The translations under genes were made by a program, and so were the position numbers. From contig JAPZRF010000002.1 in NCBI GenBank assembly GCA_027531145.1, positions 46,291 through 110,290 on the forward strand: DNA of 64,000 bases, in the 5' to 3' direction. The notes under the pieces are model-generated. The model worked only from the letters and a program-made list of their open reading frames with translations. It was not told the DNA's origin and did no database searches. Positions 32,771 to 41,868 of the stretch are shown piece by piece (the first letter of the stretch is position 1; each line of letters opens with the position of its first letter). This DNA comes from Brevundimonas sp. (GTDB lineage Bacteria > Pseudomonadota > Alphaproteobacteria > Caulobacterales > Caulobacteraceae).

Positions 32771-32801
32771 CGTCACCCTCGGGCTCGTCCCTGGGGTGAC
32801 G
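32771..32801. repeat. CGTC-type REP hairpin at the right islet edge
   Basis: CGTCACCCTCGGGCTCGTCCCTGGGGTGACG. Confidence 0.65.
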
Positions 32802-32926
32802 GGCTTTCAGGGTCATGACCTCGGCCGCCGGTCCGACCCCGCAGCACCGGGTGTCGCACCCCCGCCGATTTCCCTTGTACGCGACACCGCAGCACCGCAC
32901 CGTCGAGGGACAGTGAGGGAGTCGGC

Positions 32927-33157
32927 GTGACGCGGGATCTCAAGGTCGGTCTGGGCATCGCCGCCGGCGTCGCCGGTCTGGTGATCGGCTTCCTGATCCT
33001 GTTCCGCGGCCTCGTGCCCATGGTCCTGTCCGCGCGCATCAGCGGCAGCCTGCCGCTGGCCATCGCCGCCGGCGTGGCCGGGGCCCTGCTGCTCGCCGCC
33101 CTCGCGGCGCTGTTGTGGAAATGGGCGGCGCGGGCCGCCCGGGGAGAAACAAGATGA
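32927..33157 (+). CDS. Small two-TM membrane protein
   Basis: 76 aa, two hydrophobic helices, RBS GAGGGAG, ATGA-coupled to the SPFH gene. Confidence 0.7.
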   Translation: MTRDLKVGLGIAAGVAGLVIGFLILFRGLVPMVLSARISGSLPLAIAAGVAGALLLAALAALLWKWAARAARGETR

Positions 33158-34194
33158 ACGGGTTCGGCAACCTGCAGACGCCCTTCGGCAACGGCGGCGG
33201 GAGCGGCGGCGGCGGGATGGGCCCGACCGACGCGCGGCGCATCACCGCCGTGGCGGTGGCGGCCATCGCCGTGATGATCGTCGGCGGCCTCAGCGTGAAC
33301 TCGTGCAGCGTCACGGTCGAGAGCGGCTACATGGGCATCAAGACCACCAAGTTCGGGGCCAACCCGGGGGTCCAGCCCAATGAACTCGGGCCGGGCTTCC
33401 ACTGGGAAGGCATCGGCGAGAAGATCCGCACCTATCCGACCCTGCAGCGCACCTACAGCTACACCCGCGAGCCCAACGCCGATGGCGGCGAGAACGAGGA
33501 GATCGCCTTCTCCGACGTGCTGGGCCTGCCGATGACCGCCGACGTCGCCCTGACCTTCAAGGTTCGCGAGGACAAGGCCGCCGACCTGTTCGCCACCTGG
33601 CGGCAGGAGTTCGACGTCTTCATCGACGGGCCGCTGCGCACCTCGGTGCGCGCCGCCATCGCCCGCGAGACCGAGAAGCTGCCGGTCGCCTGCAACGCCG
33701 AACAGGCCGAGGTCCCCGTTCCGGCTGGCGCGCCGGCCCAGCCGGGCGTGCCCGACGCCGCCGACTGCCCCGGCCAGCTGATCGGCCCGGGCCGCCAGAT
33801 CGTGCTGGCGCAGGCCATGCAGGCCCTGCAGCGCGAGTGGGGCCCGCAGGGCCTCGACATCATCCGCATGGAGTGGGTCGGCTCGATCCGTTATCCGGAG
33901 GCCGTGGTGGCCGCGATCCAGTCACGAACCACCGCCGAGCAGAATACCCGGGCGGCGCTGGAGCGGGTCAACCTCGAGCGCGCCAACGCCGAGGCCCGCA
34001 TCGCCCAGGCCCGCGGCGCGGCCGAGGCCAACCGCCTGCTGGCCGAGTCGATTCGCTCCAATCCGGAGGTGGTGCGGCTGCGCGAGGTCGAGCGCACCCT
34101 GGGCATCTGCCCGCTCGACGCCGAGACCTGCGTGGTCGGCTCCGACGTCAACATCTCGGCCCTGGTGGCATCGCGCGACGGGGCCGCCAACTGA
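33154..34194 (+). CDS. SPFH/Band 7 (prohibitin-like) protein
   Basis: TM anchor, GYMGIK...GVQ..ELGPG, ADVALTFKV, IRYPEAVVAAI and Ala/Glu coiled coil (AEARIAQARGAAEANR). Confidence 0.8.
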   Translation: MNGFGNLQTPFGNGGGSGGGGMGPTDARRITAVAVAAIAVMIVGGLSVNSCSVTVESGYMGIKTTKFGANPGVQPNELGPGFHWEGIGEKIRTYPTLQRTYSYTREPNADGGENEEIAFSDVLGLPMTADVALTFKVREDKAADLFATWRQEFDVFIDGPLRTSVRAAIARETEKLPVACNAEQAEVPVPAGAPAQPGVPDAADCPGQLIGPGRQIVLAQAMQALQREWGPQGLDIIRMEWVGSIRYPEAVVAAIQSRTTAEQNTRAALERVNLERANAEARIAQARGAAEANRLLAESIRSNPEVVRLREVERTLGICPLDAETCVVGSDVNISALVASRDGAAN

Positions 34195-34309
34195 GCCGAC
34201 GGCCGGGGAGCGTAACGTTTCGTCACAGACTGTGCCCCGGCCGCGCTTGCGGTCCCGGGCGGGAATGAGGCAAGCGTCAGTTCTCGGCTCCCGCACCCCC
34301 GACGCTGTG

Positions 34310-34750
34310 ATGGACATCCTCTCGCTGCCCAGCCTGTCGTCACCGGAAGTCCAGGCGTTCGCCGCGGGCTTCCCCACCACCCTGCTGCACGCAGCGGTGA
34401 CCTCCGCCCTGCTGTTCGTGGGGGCAACGATCTACGCCCTGCTGACGCCCTGGAAGGAGATCGAGCTCATCCGCCACGGCAACTCGGCCGCGGCCGTGGC
34501 CTTCGGCGGAGTGCTGGTCGGCCTCGCCATCCCGCTGGCGGTCTCCATGTCGGCCTCGACCTCGCTGCTGGAGATCACCCTGTGGGGCCTGGCCGCCCTG
34601 GTGATCCAGTTGCTGGTGTTCCGCATCGTCGACGCCGTGCTGAGCGGCCTGCCCCAGCGCATCCAGGAGGGCGAGGTGTCGGCGGCGGTGCTGCTGGTGT
34701 CCGCCAAGCTGGCCAGCGCCGTCATCCTCGCCGCCGCCTTCAGCGGTTGA
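34310..34750 (+). CDS. DUF350 (YjfL-like) membrane protein
   Basis: LTPWKEIELIRHGNSAAAV, four TMs, IQEGEVSAAV. Confidence 0.85.
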   Translation: MDILSLPSLSSPEVQAFAAGFPTTLLHAAVTSALLFVGATIYALLTPWKEIELIRHGNSAAAVAFGGVLVGLAIPLAVSMSASTSLLEITLWGLAALVIQLLVFRIVDAVLSGLPQRIQEGEVSAAVLLVSAKLASAVILAAAFSG

Positions 34751-34759
34751 GGCGCCGCA

Positions 34760-35578
34760 GTGCGCCTGCCCGACTGGCTGATCTACACTCTGGTGGCCCT
34801 GGCCGTGCTCGGGGCTTCCCTCAGCCGTGAACGCGCCGCCGCCCCGCCCGCCCCGCCGCCGCCGGACGAGCTGGAAGGGGCGCTGCTCGGCCCCGTCACC
34901 CCGTTCGACCCGACCGTCATCGTCGACGCCCCGGACACGCCGTTCCAGCCCTCGTCGGGTACGGCCTTCTCGATCGCCTCCGACGGCCGCTGGCTGACCG
35001 CCCGCCATGTGGTCGAAGGCTGCCGCCAGCCGGCGCTGGTAGTCGGCGGCGGGCGCGCCATCGCCGCTGACGTGCGCCTCGCCCCGCGCGCCGACATCGC
35101 CCTGCTGATCACCCAGGGCGGCCCGCCTGCCCTGCCGGTGGCGGCCTCCATACCCCTGCGCGAGGGCCAGCGCGGCTTCCATCCGGGCTATCCACAGGGC
35201 CGACCCGGCGAGGTCACCACCCGGCTTCTGGGCCGCGAGACCCTGAAGGTGCGCGGCCGCGGCGCGCGCGACGAGCCGGTGCTGGCCTGGGCCGAGGTCG
35301 GTCGGACCGAAGGCCTTCGCGGCACCCTCGGCGGCCTGTCGGGCGCTCCCACCCTGGACCGGCAGGGCCGGATGGTGGCCATCACTCTGGCCGAGGCCCC
35401 GCGCCGCGGCCGGGTCTACACCACCGCCCCGGACACCCTTGTGCTGGCCATCCGCGGCGAGCAGCGCCCGGACGAACCGGTTACCGGCCGCGCCGTGACC
35501 ATCGACAACTACGGCCTCGTCGCCGACGACCTGCGCCGCGAACTGCGCGTGGCCCAGGTCGTATGCCTGTCAACGTAG
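34760..35578 (+). CDS. Trypsin-like serine protease, membrane-anchored
   Basis: GTAF, triad WLTARHV / ADIALL / GGLSGAP; N-terminal hydrophobic segment. Confidence 0.85.
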   Translation: MRLPDWLIYTLVALAVLGASLSRERAAAPPAPPPPDELEGALLGPVTPFDPTVIVDAPDTPFQPSSGTAFSIASDGRWLTARHVVEGCRQPALVVGGGRAIAADVRLAPRADIALLITQGGPPALPVAASIPLREGQRGFHPGYPQGRPGEVTTRLLGRETLKVRGRGARDEPVLAWAEVGRTEGLRGTLGGLSGAPTLDRQGRMVAITLAEAPRRGRVYTTAPDTLVLAIRGEQRPDEPVTGRAVTIDNYGLVADDLRRELRVAQVVCLST

Positions 35579-35608
35579 GCGGTCGTCGGCAGGGGTAGGA
35601 GGTAGGGC

Positions 35609-35660
35609 CTTTCCTCCCCACGCCAGTGGGGAGGGGGACCGCGAAGCGGTGGAGGTGCGG
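35609..35660. repeat. REP/CIR-like palindrome
   Basis: TTCCTCCCCACGCCAGTGGGGAGGGGGACCGCGAAGCGGTGGAGG, near-identical to 57795-57842. Confidence 0.75.
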
Positions 35661-35693
35661 GGCCGCGCGCCATCATCCCTACCCCTACCCCCC

Positions 35694-36584
35694 CTAACCC
35701 TCGAACACCCTGACCGACACCTCGCCGTCCGCCGACAGCCAGGCGCGCTTCATGCCCTGGCTGTTGAACGGGTCGGCGCGATTGCCGTCGCGGTCGAGCG
35801 CGATCAGGCCGCCGTCACCGCCCATCGCGCCGATGCGGTCGATCACCCCGCGCGCGGCCTCGCCCAGCGGCCGGCCGGACTCGACCTCGAAACCGAGGCG
35901 GGCGGCGGCGGCGGTGCGGATGAAAAACTCGCCCTGGCCGGTGCAGGAGACGGCGACGCGGCCGTCGGCCCAGGTCCCGGCCGCCACCAGCGGCGTATCC
36001 CCGACCCGCCCCGGGAGCTTGCCGAACACCCCGCCGGTGGAGGTGGCCGCCGCCAGCCGGCCGTCACGGTCCAGCACGCAGCAGCCGACCGTGCCGTGCT
36101 GCAGCGCCCCGGCGGTGACCCCCGGCGGATGGTTATCCTCGCCCTGACCGGCCCGGGTGAACCAGGCCTCCGGATCGCCGACCGGTGCCAACCCCGCCCC
36201 CTCGGCGAAGCGGGCCGCGCCCTCCCCGGCCAGCAGCACATGCGGGGTGCGGTCCATCACCGCCCGGGCGGCGCGGACCGGGCTCCTGAAACCCACCAGG
36301 GCAGCCACCGCCCCGGCCCGGCCCGTGGCCCCGTCCATCAGGGCGGCGTCCAACTCATAGATTCCGGCGGTGTTGGGCGAGGCTCCGCGCCCGGCAACAT
36401 AAAGGCCCGAGGCCTCCAGCCGCTCGACCGCCTCCACCGCCACGTCCAGCGCCGCCGCACCGTCGGCCAGCTGCGGTCGCATCGCCTCGACCACCTCGCG
36501 CATGTGCACGATCTCTGCGGCGTAGTCGCGGCTGCGGCGGGCACCGGCACCGCCGTGGAGAATCAGGGCGAAACGGGACATCAT
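35694..36584 (-). CDS. Isoaspartyl peptidase/L-asparaginase (Ntn hydrolase)
   Basis: LILHGGAG, ELDAALMDG, HGTVG cleavage site, ATSTGG and GRVGDTP. Confidence 0.92.
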   Translation of the reverse strand: MMSRFALILHGGAGARRSRDYAAEIVHMREVVEAMRPQLADGAAALDVAVEAVERLEASGLYVAGRGASPNTAGIYELDAALMDGATGRAGAVAALVGFRSPVRAARAVMDRTPHVLLAGEGAARFAEGAGLAPVGDPEAWFTRAGQGEDNHPPGVTAGALQHGTVGCCVLDRDGRLAAATSTGGVFGKLPGRVGDTPLVAAGTWADGRVAVSCTGQGEFFIRTAAAARLGFEVESGRPLGEAARGVIDRIGAMGGDGGLIALDRDGNRADPFNSQGMKRAWLSADGEVSVRVFEG

Positions 36585-36694
36585 GGCTCCTGGGCGATTG
36601 ACCGGGCCTCTTTTCACGGGCCCTGCCGCTGATTAGCGTCGCCCCGACCCGGGCGCCATCGCCCGGCCTGCAAACCCCCGAAGCGAGACCCCCC

Positions 36695-37696
36695 ATGCGC
36701 GCAGTCCTGTCCAAGACCCCCGGCGGCCCCGAAACCCTGGTCGTCGAGGAGATTCCGGACCCGACGCCGGGCCCCGGCCAGGTGGTGATCGATGTCCGCG
36801 CCGTCGGCATCAACTTCCCCGACACCCTGGTCATCGAGGACAAGTACCAGTTCCGGCCCGAGCGCCCCTTCTCCCCGGGCGGCGAGGCGGCGGGGGTGAT
36901 CGAGGCCGTGGGCGAGGGGGTCAATGGCCTGTTCAAGGGCGACCGGGTCATCGCCGCGCCCGGCTGGGGTGCCCTGGCCGAGCGGCTCGCCGTGCCCGCG
37001 GCCAGCGTGCTGAAGATACCCGAGGCCATGAGCTTCGAGGAAGCCGCCGCCTTCGTCATGACCTATGGCACCAGCTACTATGCCCTGAAGCGCCGGGCGC
37101 ACCTGCAGCCGGGCGAGCGGCTGCTGGTGCTGGGTGCCGCAGGCGGCGTGGGGGCCGCCGCGGTCGAGCTGGGCAAGGCCATGGGGGCCCATGTGGTGGC
37201 CGCCGCCTCGACCAAGGCCAAGGTCGAGTTCGCGCTGGAGCTGGGGGCCGACAACGGCCTGATCTATCCCCCCGGCCCGATGGACAAGGCAGCCCAGAAG
37301 GCCCTGTCCGGCGAGCTCAAGCTGGCCTGCGGCCGCGACGGCGCAGATGTGGTCTATGACGCGGTCGGCGGCGACTACGCTGACCCGGCCCTGCGCACCA
37401 TGGACTGGAACGGCCGCTATCTGGTGGTCGGCTTCCCGGCCGGCATCCCGTCCCTGCCGCTCAACCTGACCCTGCTCAAGTCGGTCAGCGTCATCGGCGT
37501 GTTCTGGGGTGCCGCCGTGATGCGCGACCCGGCCGCCCACGCAGAGGACATGGCCGAGCTTTTCGCGCTTTACGCCGAGGGCAAGATCCGCCCGCGCATA
37601 AGCCGCACCTTCCCGCTGGAACAGGCGGGCGAGGCCATCGCCGCCCTGTCCGCCCGCGACGTGATGGGCAAGGTCGTGGTCCGGGTCGCGCCGTGA
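36695..37696 (+). CDS. NADPH:quinone oxidoreductase (zeta-crystallin family)
   Basis: GINFPD, LGAAGGVGAAAV, DVVYDAVGG and GRYLVVGF. Confidence 0.92.
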   Translation: MRAVLSKTPGGPETLVVEEIPDPTPGPGQVVIDVRAVGINFPDTLVIEDKYQFRPERPFSPGGEAAGVIEAVGEGVNGLFKGDRVIAAPGWGALAERLAVPAASVLKIPEAMSFEEAAAFVMTYGTSYYALKRRAHLQPGERLLVLGAAGGVGAAAVELGKAMGAHVVAAASTKAKVEFALELGADNGLIYPPGPMDKAAQKALSGELKLACGRDGADVVYDAVGGDYADPALRTMDWNGRYLVVGFPAGIPSLPLNLTLLKSVSVIGVFWGAAVMRDPAAHAEDMAELFALYAEGKIRPRISRTFPLEQAGEAIAALSARDVMGKVVVRVAP

Positions 37697-38403
37697 TCCC
37701 GCCCGCCGCCGCCGTCGGGCGGCTGGTCGGTACTGGCCGCACCCGGGTGGCGGATCTGCTGCCGGCGGCAGAGGCCACGGCCCTGCACGCCCTGCTCGAC
37801 CATGGTCCGGTCGACTGGCAACGTGCCATCGAGACCCCCGGCGACGTCGAGGTTCCGGTCGCTCTGTTCGAGGCCCAGCCGATCGAGGAGCAGATCCGCA
37901 TCATGTCAAGGGTGCACGCCGAGGCCCGCGACGGCTTCCAGTTCATCTTCGACCGCTGGCGCATCGACGTCGGCGGCCAGGCCTCGCCGGCTGCCCCGGC
38001 GCTTCTGGCTGACCTGCACCGGCGCTTCAACAGCCCGGAATTCGTGGCCTTCGCCCGCGCCCTGACCGGGGACGACCGCATCGCCTATGTCGATGCCCAG
38101 GCCACCCGCTTCCTGCCCGGCCACTTCCTCAACCGCCATTCGGACCAGCTGGACCGCGCCGGGCGGCTCTACGCCTATGTACTCAACCTTTGTCCGCGCT
38201 GGCGCGTCGAGTGGGGCGGGCTGCTGCAGTTCCTCGACGACGAGGGCGATGTCACCGAGACCCTGACCCCTGGCTTCAACACCCTGAACCTGTTCCGTGT
38301 GCCCCAGCCCCATGCCGTCAGCATGGTGTCGCCCTTCGCCGGGGCACCGCGCCTGTCGATCACCGGCTGGTGGCGCGCCTTCCCGCCGGAGCCGGTGACC
38401 TGA
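37693..38403 (+). CDS. 2OG-Fe(II) oxygenase (prolyl-hydroxylase-like)
   Basis: HxD (HSD), WGGLL, PHAV and RLSITGW; GTGA-coupled to the upstream gene. Confidence 0.85.
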   Translation: MIPPAAAVGRLVGTGRTRVADLLPAAEATALHALLDHGPVDWQRAIETPGDVEVPVALFEAQPIEEQIRIMSRVHAEARDGFQFIFDRWRIDVGGQASPAAPALLADLHRRFNSPEFVAFARALTGDDRIAYVDAQATRFLPGHFLNRHSDQLDRAGRLYAYVLNLCPRWRVEWGGLLQFLDDEGDVTETLTPGFNTLNLFRVPQPHAVSMVSPFAGAPRLSITGWWRAFPPEPVT

Positions 38404-38452
38404 GACTCCGCGACGCCTTGCAGCCGGGGCGGGGCGAGGGCATCTGTGGGCC

Positions 38453-39010
38453 ATGTTCATCCAGACCGAACCGACGCCGAATCCGAACGTCCTGAAGTTC
38501 TTGCCCGGCCGCGCCGTGGCCTTGGACGGGTCGCTCGACTACCGCGACATCGAGGCGGCCGCCGCCTCGCCCCTGGCCGAGGCCCTGTTCGAGGTCGAGG
38601 GGGTGGCGTCCGTCTTCTTCGGTGCCGACCACGTCTCGGTCACCCGCGCGGCCGACGGCCCGGACTGGAGCGGCATGAAGGCACCGCTGCTGGCGGCCCT
38701 GATGGATCATTTCGTGTCCGGCGCACCGCTCACCCGCGACAGCAGCGGCATCGAGGGCCACGCCGCGGACGACAACGAGATCGTGGCCGAGATCAAGGCC
38801 CTGCTCGACAGCCGCGTGCGCCCGGCCGTGGCGCAGGACGGCGGCGACATCCTGTTCGACCGCTTCGACGAGGCCGAGGGCGTTCTGTATCTGCGCATGC
38901 GCGGTGCGTGCGCCGGCTGCCCCTCGTCCTCGGCCACGCTCAAGGCCGGGGTCGAGCAGATGATGCGCCACTATGTCCCCGAGGTGCAGCGGGTCGAGCA
39001 GACGCTCTGA
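38453..39010 (+). CDS. NifU/Nfu-type Fe-S scaffold/carrier
   Basis: MFIQTEPTPNPNVLKF, VRPAVAQDGGDI and GACAGCPSS. Confidence 0.93.
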   Translation: MFIQTEPTPNPNVLKFLPGRAVALDGSLDYRDIEAAAASPLAEALFEVEGVASVFFGADHVSVTRAADGPDWSGMKAPLLAALMDHFVSGAPLTRDSSGIEGHAADDNEIVAEIKALLDSRVRPAVAQDGGDILFDRFDEAEGVLYLRMRGACAGCPSSSATLKAGVEQMMRHYVPEVQRVEQTL

Positions 39011-39105
39011 ACCCCGGTCAAGAACCTTTTCGCTGGCGACCGTACGCAGGCTTTGCCATTGTTGCCGGGATGGCCCGATTTGACCGCGAAAAAGCAAGTG
39101 AAATC

Positions 39106-39654
39106 ATGCGGCTGGCTAACGCCCTGGCCGCGCTGCGGCGTAACCGGGGGCTAAGCCAGGCCGACGCTGGCGACGCCATCGGCATGACCAGCCAGGCCTG
39201 GGGTCTGTATGAGGCAGGGCGCCGGCCAGGGCTGTTCCGGCCCGACGTCCAGGACCGCATGACCGGGGCCCTCGGCCTGACCCGCGAGGCCCTGCTCACC
39301 GCCGCCGGCCAGGGCCCGGCCGCCGGCGGGGGTAATCCCGGCGTGGAATCGCCGGGCCGACCGTTCGAGGGGGCCGGGCCCACAGGTATGCGCCGCCTCC
39401 GGATCGACGACGACCGCCTCGCGCCCTGGGCCCTGACCGGGGTGATCGTCGAGTATGCGCCCGGGCGCTGGCCTCGAGCGGCGCAGGGCTGCGTGGTGGA
39501 GACCGATGACGGCCAGACCTTGGTGCGGCTTTACGATAGCGGCGACACCGAGGCGGTGGTCCTGCGCGGTGCCGCCGGGCTGGACTCGGTCGAGCGCCTG
39601 CCCCGCGCCCGGCTGCGCGGCCTGCATGCGATTGTGGCCCGGATCGAGCCGTGA
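39106..39654 (+). CDS. XRE HTH regulator with a degenerate S24/CI-like C-terminal domain
   Basis: LRRNRGLSQADAGDAIGMTSQAWGLYEAG HTH; C-domain has IDDDRLAP and TLVRLY where GDSM.P and VKRL are expected; alternative start 39070. Confidence 0.75.
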   Translation: MRLANALAALRRNRGLSQADAGDAIGMTSQAWGLYEAGRRPGLFRPDVQDRMTGALGLTREALLTAAGQGPAAGGGNPGVESPGRPFEGAGPTGMRRLRIDDDRLAPWALTGVIVEYAPGRWPRAAQGCVVETDDGQTLVRLYDSGDTEAVVLRGAAGLDSVERLPRARLRGLHAIVARIEP

Positions 39655-39740
39655 GCCCGCCGGGCTGATGAAATCTTTTGGTTGCACATCGAGCGTGCGC
39701 GAGGCATGCTGCGGCTCCCTTCGATCTGCAAGCCCCGGCC

Positions 39741-40166
39741 ATGACCCGCTCCGCCCTGCGCCCCCCCGGTGCCCGCCGCCCCGATCCGGGTCTCGACGGC
39801 TACGTCGGGGCACGCATCTCGGCGCGGCGACAGGCGCTGGGCCTGTCCCAGGCCGCCCTGGCCGGGCGCATTGGCGTCAGCTTCCAGCAGCTGCAGAAGT
39901 ACGAGAGCGGGGCCAACCGCATCTCCGCCTCGCGGTTGCACCACCTGGCACAGGCGCTCGGCGCGCCGGTCGGTGCCTTCTTCCCGGACCAGGCCGCCGC
40001 GCCGTCGGCCACGACGCCCATGCCGGCCTTGCTGGAGACGCCGGAGGGCCGGCGCCTGGCCGCCGGCTTCGCCCGAATCCCCGCCCGCGCCACGCGCCGC
40101 GCCCTTGCTCATCTGGCCGAGGCCCTGGCGGCTCCGACACGCCCCACCCCCACCGCTTCCGCCTGA
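39741..40166 (+). CDS. XRE family HTH regulator
   Basis: VGARI..RRQALGLSQ..LA..IGVSFQQLQKYESGANRISASRL. Confidence 0.9.
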   Translation: MTRSALRPPGARRPDPGLDGYVGARISARRQALGLSQAALAGRIGVSFQQLQKYESGANRISASRLHHLAQALGAPVGAFFPDQAAAPSATTPMPALLETPEGRRLAAGFARIPARATRRALAHLAEALAAPTRPTPTASA

Positions 40167-40176
40167 GGCACCATTG

Positions 40177-40854
40177 ATGCGGGGTCTGGTCATCGACACC
40201 GCCCTCGGCGGCCTGTCGGTCGCCCTGTTCGAGCACGGGACGATCCTCGCCTCGCGCCACGAGCTGATGGCCAGGGGTCACCAGGAGCGACTGGGCGAGC
40301 TGGTCCGCGATGTGGCTGCCGAGGCCGGCGGCTTCGACGGGCTGGGCCGCATCACCGTCACCGTCGGCCCCGGCTCCTTCACCGGCCTGCGCGTCGGCCT
40401 CGCCTTCGCCCTCGGCCTCGGGGCTGCGCTGGACCGGCCGGTGCTCGGCATCACCACCCTGGCGGCTCTCGCCGGCAGCGTCGACAGTCCGGGGGACGCC
40501 TCGGCGGGCCTTCCGGTGCTGGCAGCCATCGACGCCCGCCGCGGCGAGGTCTACGCCCAGGCCTTCGCCGGCGGTCGGCCGTCGGGCGCGCCCGAAGCCC
40601 TGACCCTCGAGGCCGCCCTCGACCTCGCCCGCACCCTCGGCCCCGCCGCCCTCGTCGGCTCCGGTGCCCCCCTGCTGGCCGGGGCCTGTCCGGCCGCCGC
40701 GATCCAAGCCCTCGCCGCCCCCGCGCCCGCCGGCCTCGTCGCCGCCGCCCGCCGCGCCGACCAGCCGGCCCGGCCACTGTATCTGCGCGCGCCCGACGCC
40801 ACACCGCCCAGCCGGCTGCCGGGTCAGCCGCGCCCGACGCGGGAGCCCTCATGA
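40177..40854 (+). CDS. tsaB: tRNA t6A biosynthesis protein TsaB
   Basis: LVIDTA, GHQERL, VGPGSFTGLRVG, IDARRGEVY and PLYLRAPDA. Confidence 0.93.
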   Translation: MRGLVIDTALGGLSVALFEHGTILASRHELMARGHQERLGELVRDVAAEAGGFDGLGRITVTVGPGSFTGLRVGLAFALGLGAALDRPVLGITTLAALAGSVDSPGDASAGLPVLAAIDARRGEVYAQAFAGGRPSGAPEALTLEAALDLARTLGPAALVGSGAPLLAGACPAAAIQALAAPAPAGLVAAARRADQPARPLYLRAPDATPPSRLPGQPRPTREPS

Positions 40855-41303
40855 CAGGTGCCGACAACCCGACGCCGGAGCTGGCGGCCGCTCTCGCGGC
40901 GATGCACGCCCGCGCCTTCAACGACCCCTGGCCGGTCAGCGCCTTCGTCGCCCTGCTGTCCCTGCCGGAGGCCCGGCTGGAGGTGGCCGCCGACGGCTTC
41001 ATCCTGACCCGCCTCGCCGCGGACGAGGCCGAGATCCTGACGCTCGCGGTCTGCCCGGCCGCCCGTCGCCGCGGCCTCGGTCGCCGGCTCGTCGAGACCG
41101 CCGCGGCCGCCCTCGCCGCCGAGGGCGCGACCCGCTTGTTCCTTGAGGTGGCCGAGGACAATGCCGCCGCGCGGGCCCTGTACGCCGGGGCCGGTTTCGC
41201 GTCCGTCGGCCGCCGCCCCGGCTACTACGGCCGGCCCGCCGGCGCGGTCGACGCCCTCGTCCTGGCGCGCGATCTGGCGGCCCCTGACGGAATGGCGATC
41301 TGA
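40851..41303 (+). CDS. rimI: RimI-like GNAT N-acetyltransferase
   Basis: EAEILTLAV..AARRRGLG, LFLEVAEDN..A..LY and GRRPGYY; follows tsaB. Confidence 0.85.
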   Translation: MTGADNPTPELAAALAAMHARAFNDPWPVSAFVALLSLPEARLEVAADGFILTRLAADEAEILTLAVCPAARRRGLGRRLVETAAAALAAEGATRLFLEVAEDNAAARALYAGAGFASVGRRPGYYGRPAGAVDALVLARDLAAPDGMAI

Positions 41304-41354
41304 ACCGCGATCGGACGCTTCCCTGACGCGCCGCTAGCGCCTATTTTCCCCGCC

Positions 41355-41828
41355 ATGGAACGGATCGAGAAACTCTGCGTCGAACGCGGCATGCGCATGA
41401 CGGAGCAGCGGCGCGTGATCGCCCGCGTGCTGTCCCAGGCCAAGGACCACCCGGACGTGGAGGAGCTGTACCACCGCGCCTCGGCCATCGACCCGCATAT
41501 CTCGATCGCGACCGTCTACCGCACCGTGCGCCTGTTCGAGGAGGCCGGCGTCGTCGACAAGCACGACTTCGGCGACGGCCGCAGCCGCTATGAAGAGGCC
41601 GGCGACGACCACCATGACCACCTGATCGACACGCGAAGCGGCGACGTCATCGAGTTCTTCGACGCCGAGATCGAGAAGCTGAAGTCCGAGATCGCCCGGC
41701 GCCTCGGCTTCGAGCTGGTCGGCCACAAGCTTGAACTCTATGGCAAGCCGATCCCCGGTGCCTCGCCCGAGGATCGCGAGGGGCTGGTCTACAAGCGCCA
41801 CCACCAGCGCGCCTCCACCGCGTCCTGA
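41355..41828 (+). CDS. fur: Ferric uptake regulator Fur (Fur/Mur type)
   Basis: [34 protein letters not shown] and HKLELYG. Confidence 0.9.
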   Translation: MERIEKLCVERGMRMTEQRRVIARVLSQAKDHPDVEELYHRASAIDPHISIATVYRTVRLFEEAGVVDKHDFGDGRSRYEEAGDDHHDHLIDTRSGDVIEFFDAEIEKLKSEIARRLGFELVGHKLELYGKPIPGASPEDREGLVYKRHHQRASTAS

Positions 41829-41868
41829 ACGGTGGCCGTCGAGCCCGCTTTCGGGCTATGAGGCCTGC

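Larger units (their letters stand above)
28738..32801. mobile_element. Lower-GC, partly decayed accessory islet (no integrase seen)
   Basis: Abrupt rise in A/T at third codon positions after rlmN, gene fragments, and REP-like hairpins at both ends. Confidence 0.65.
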
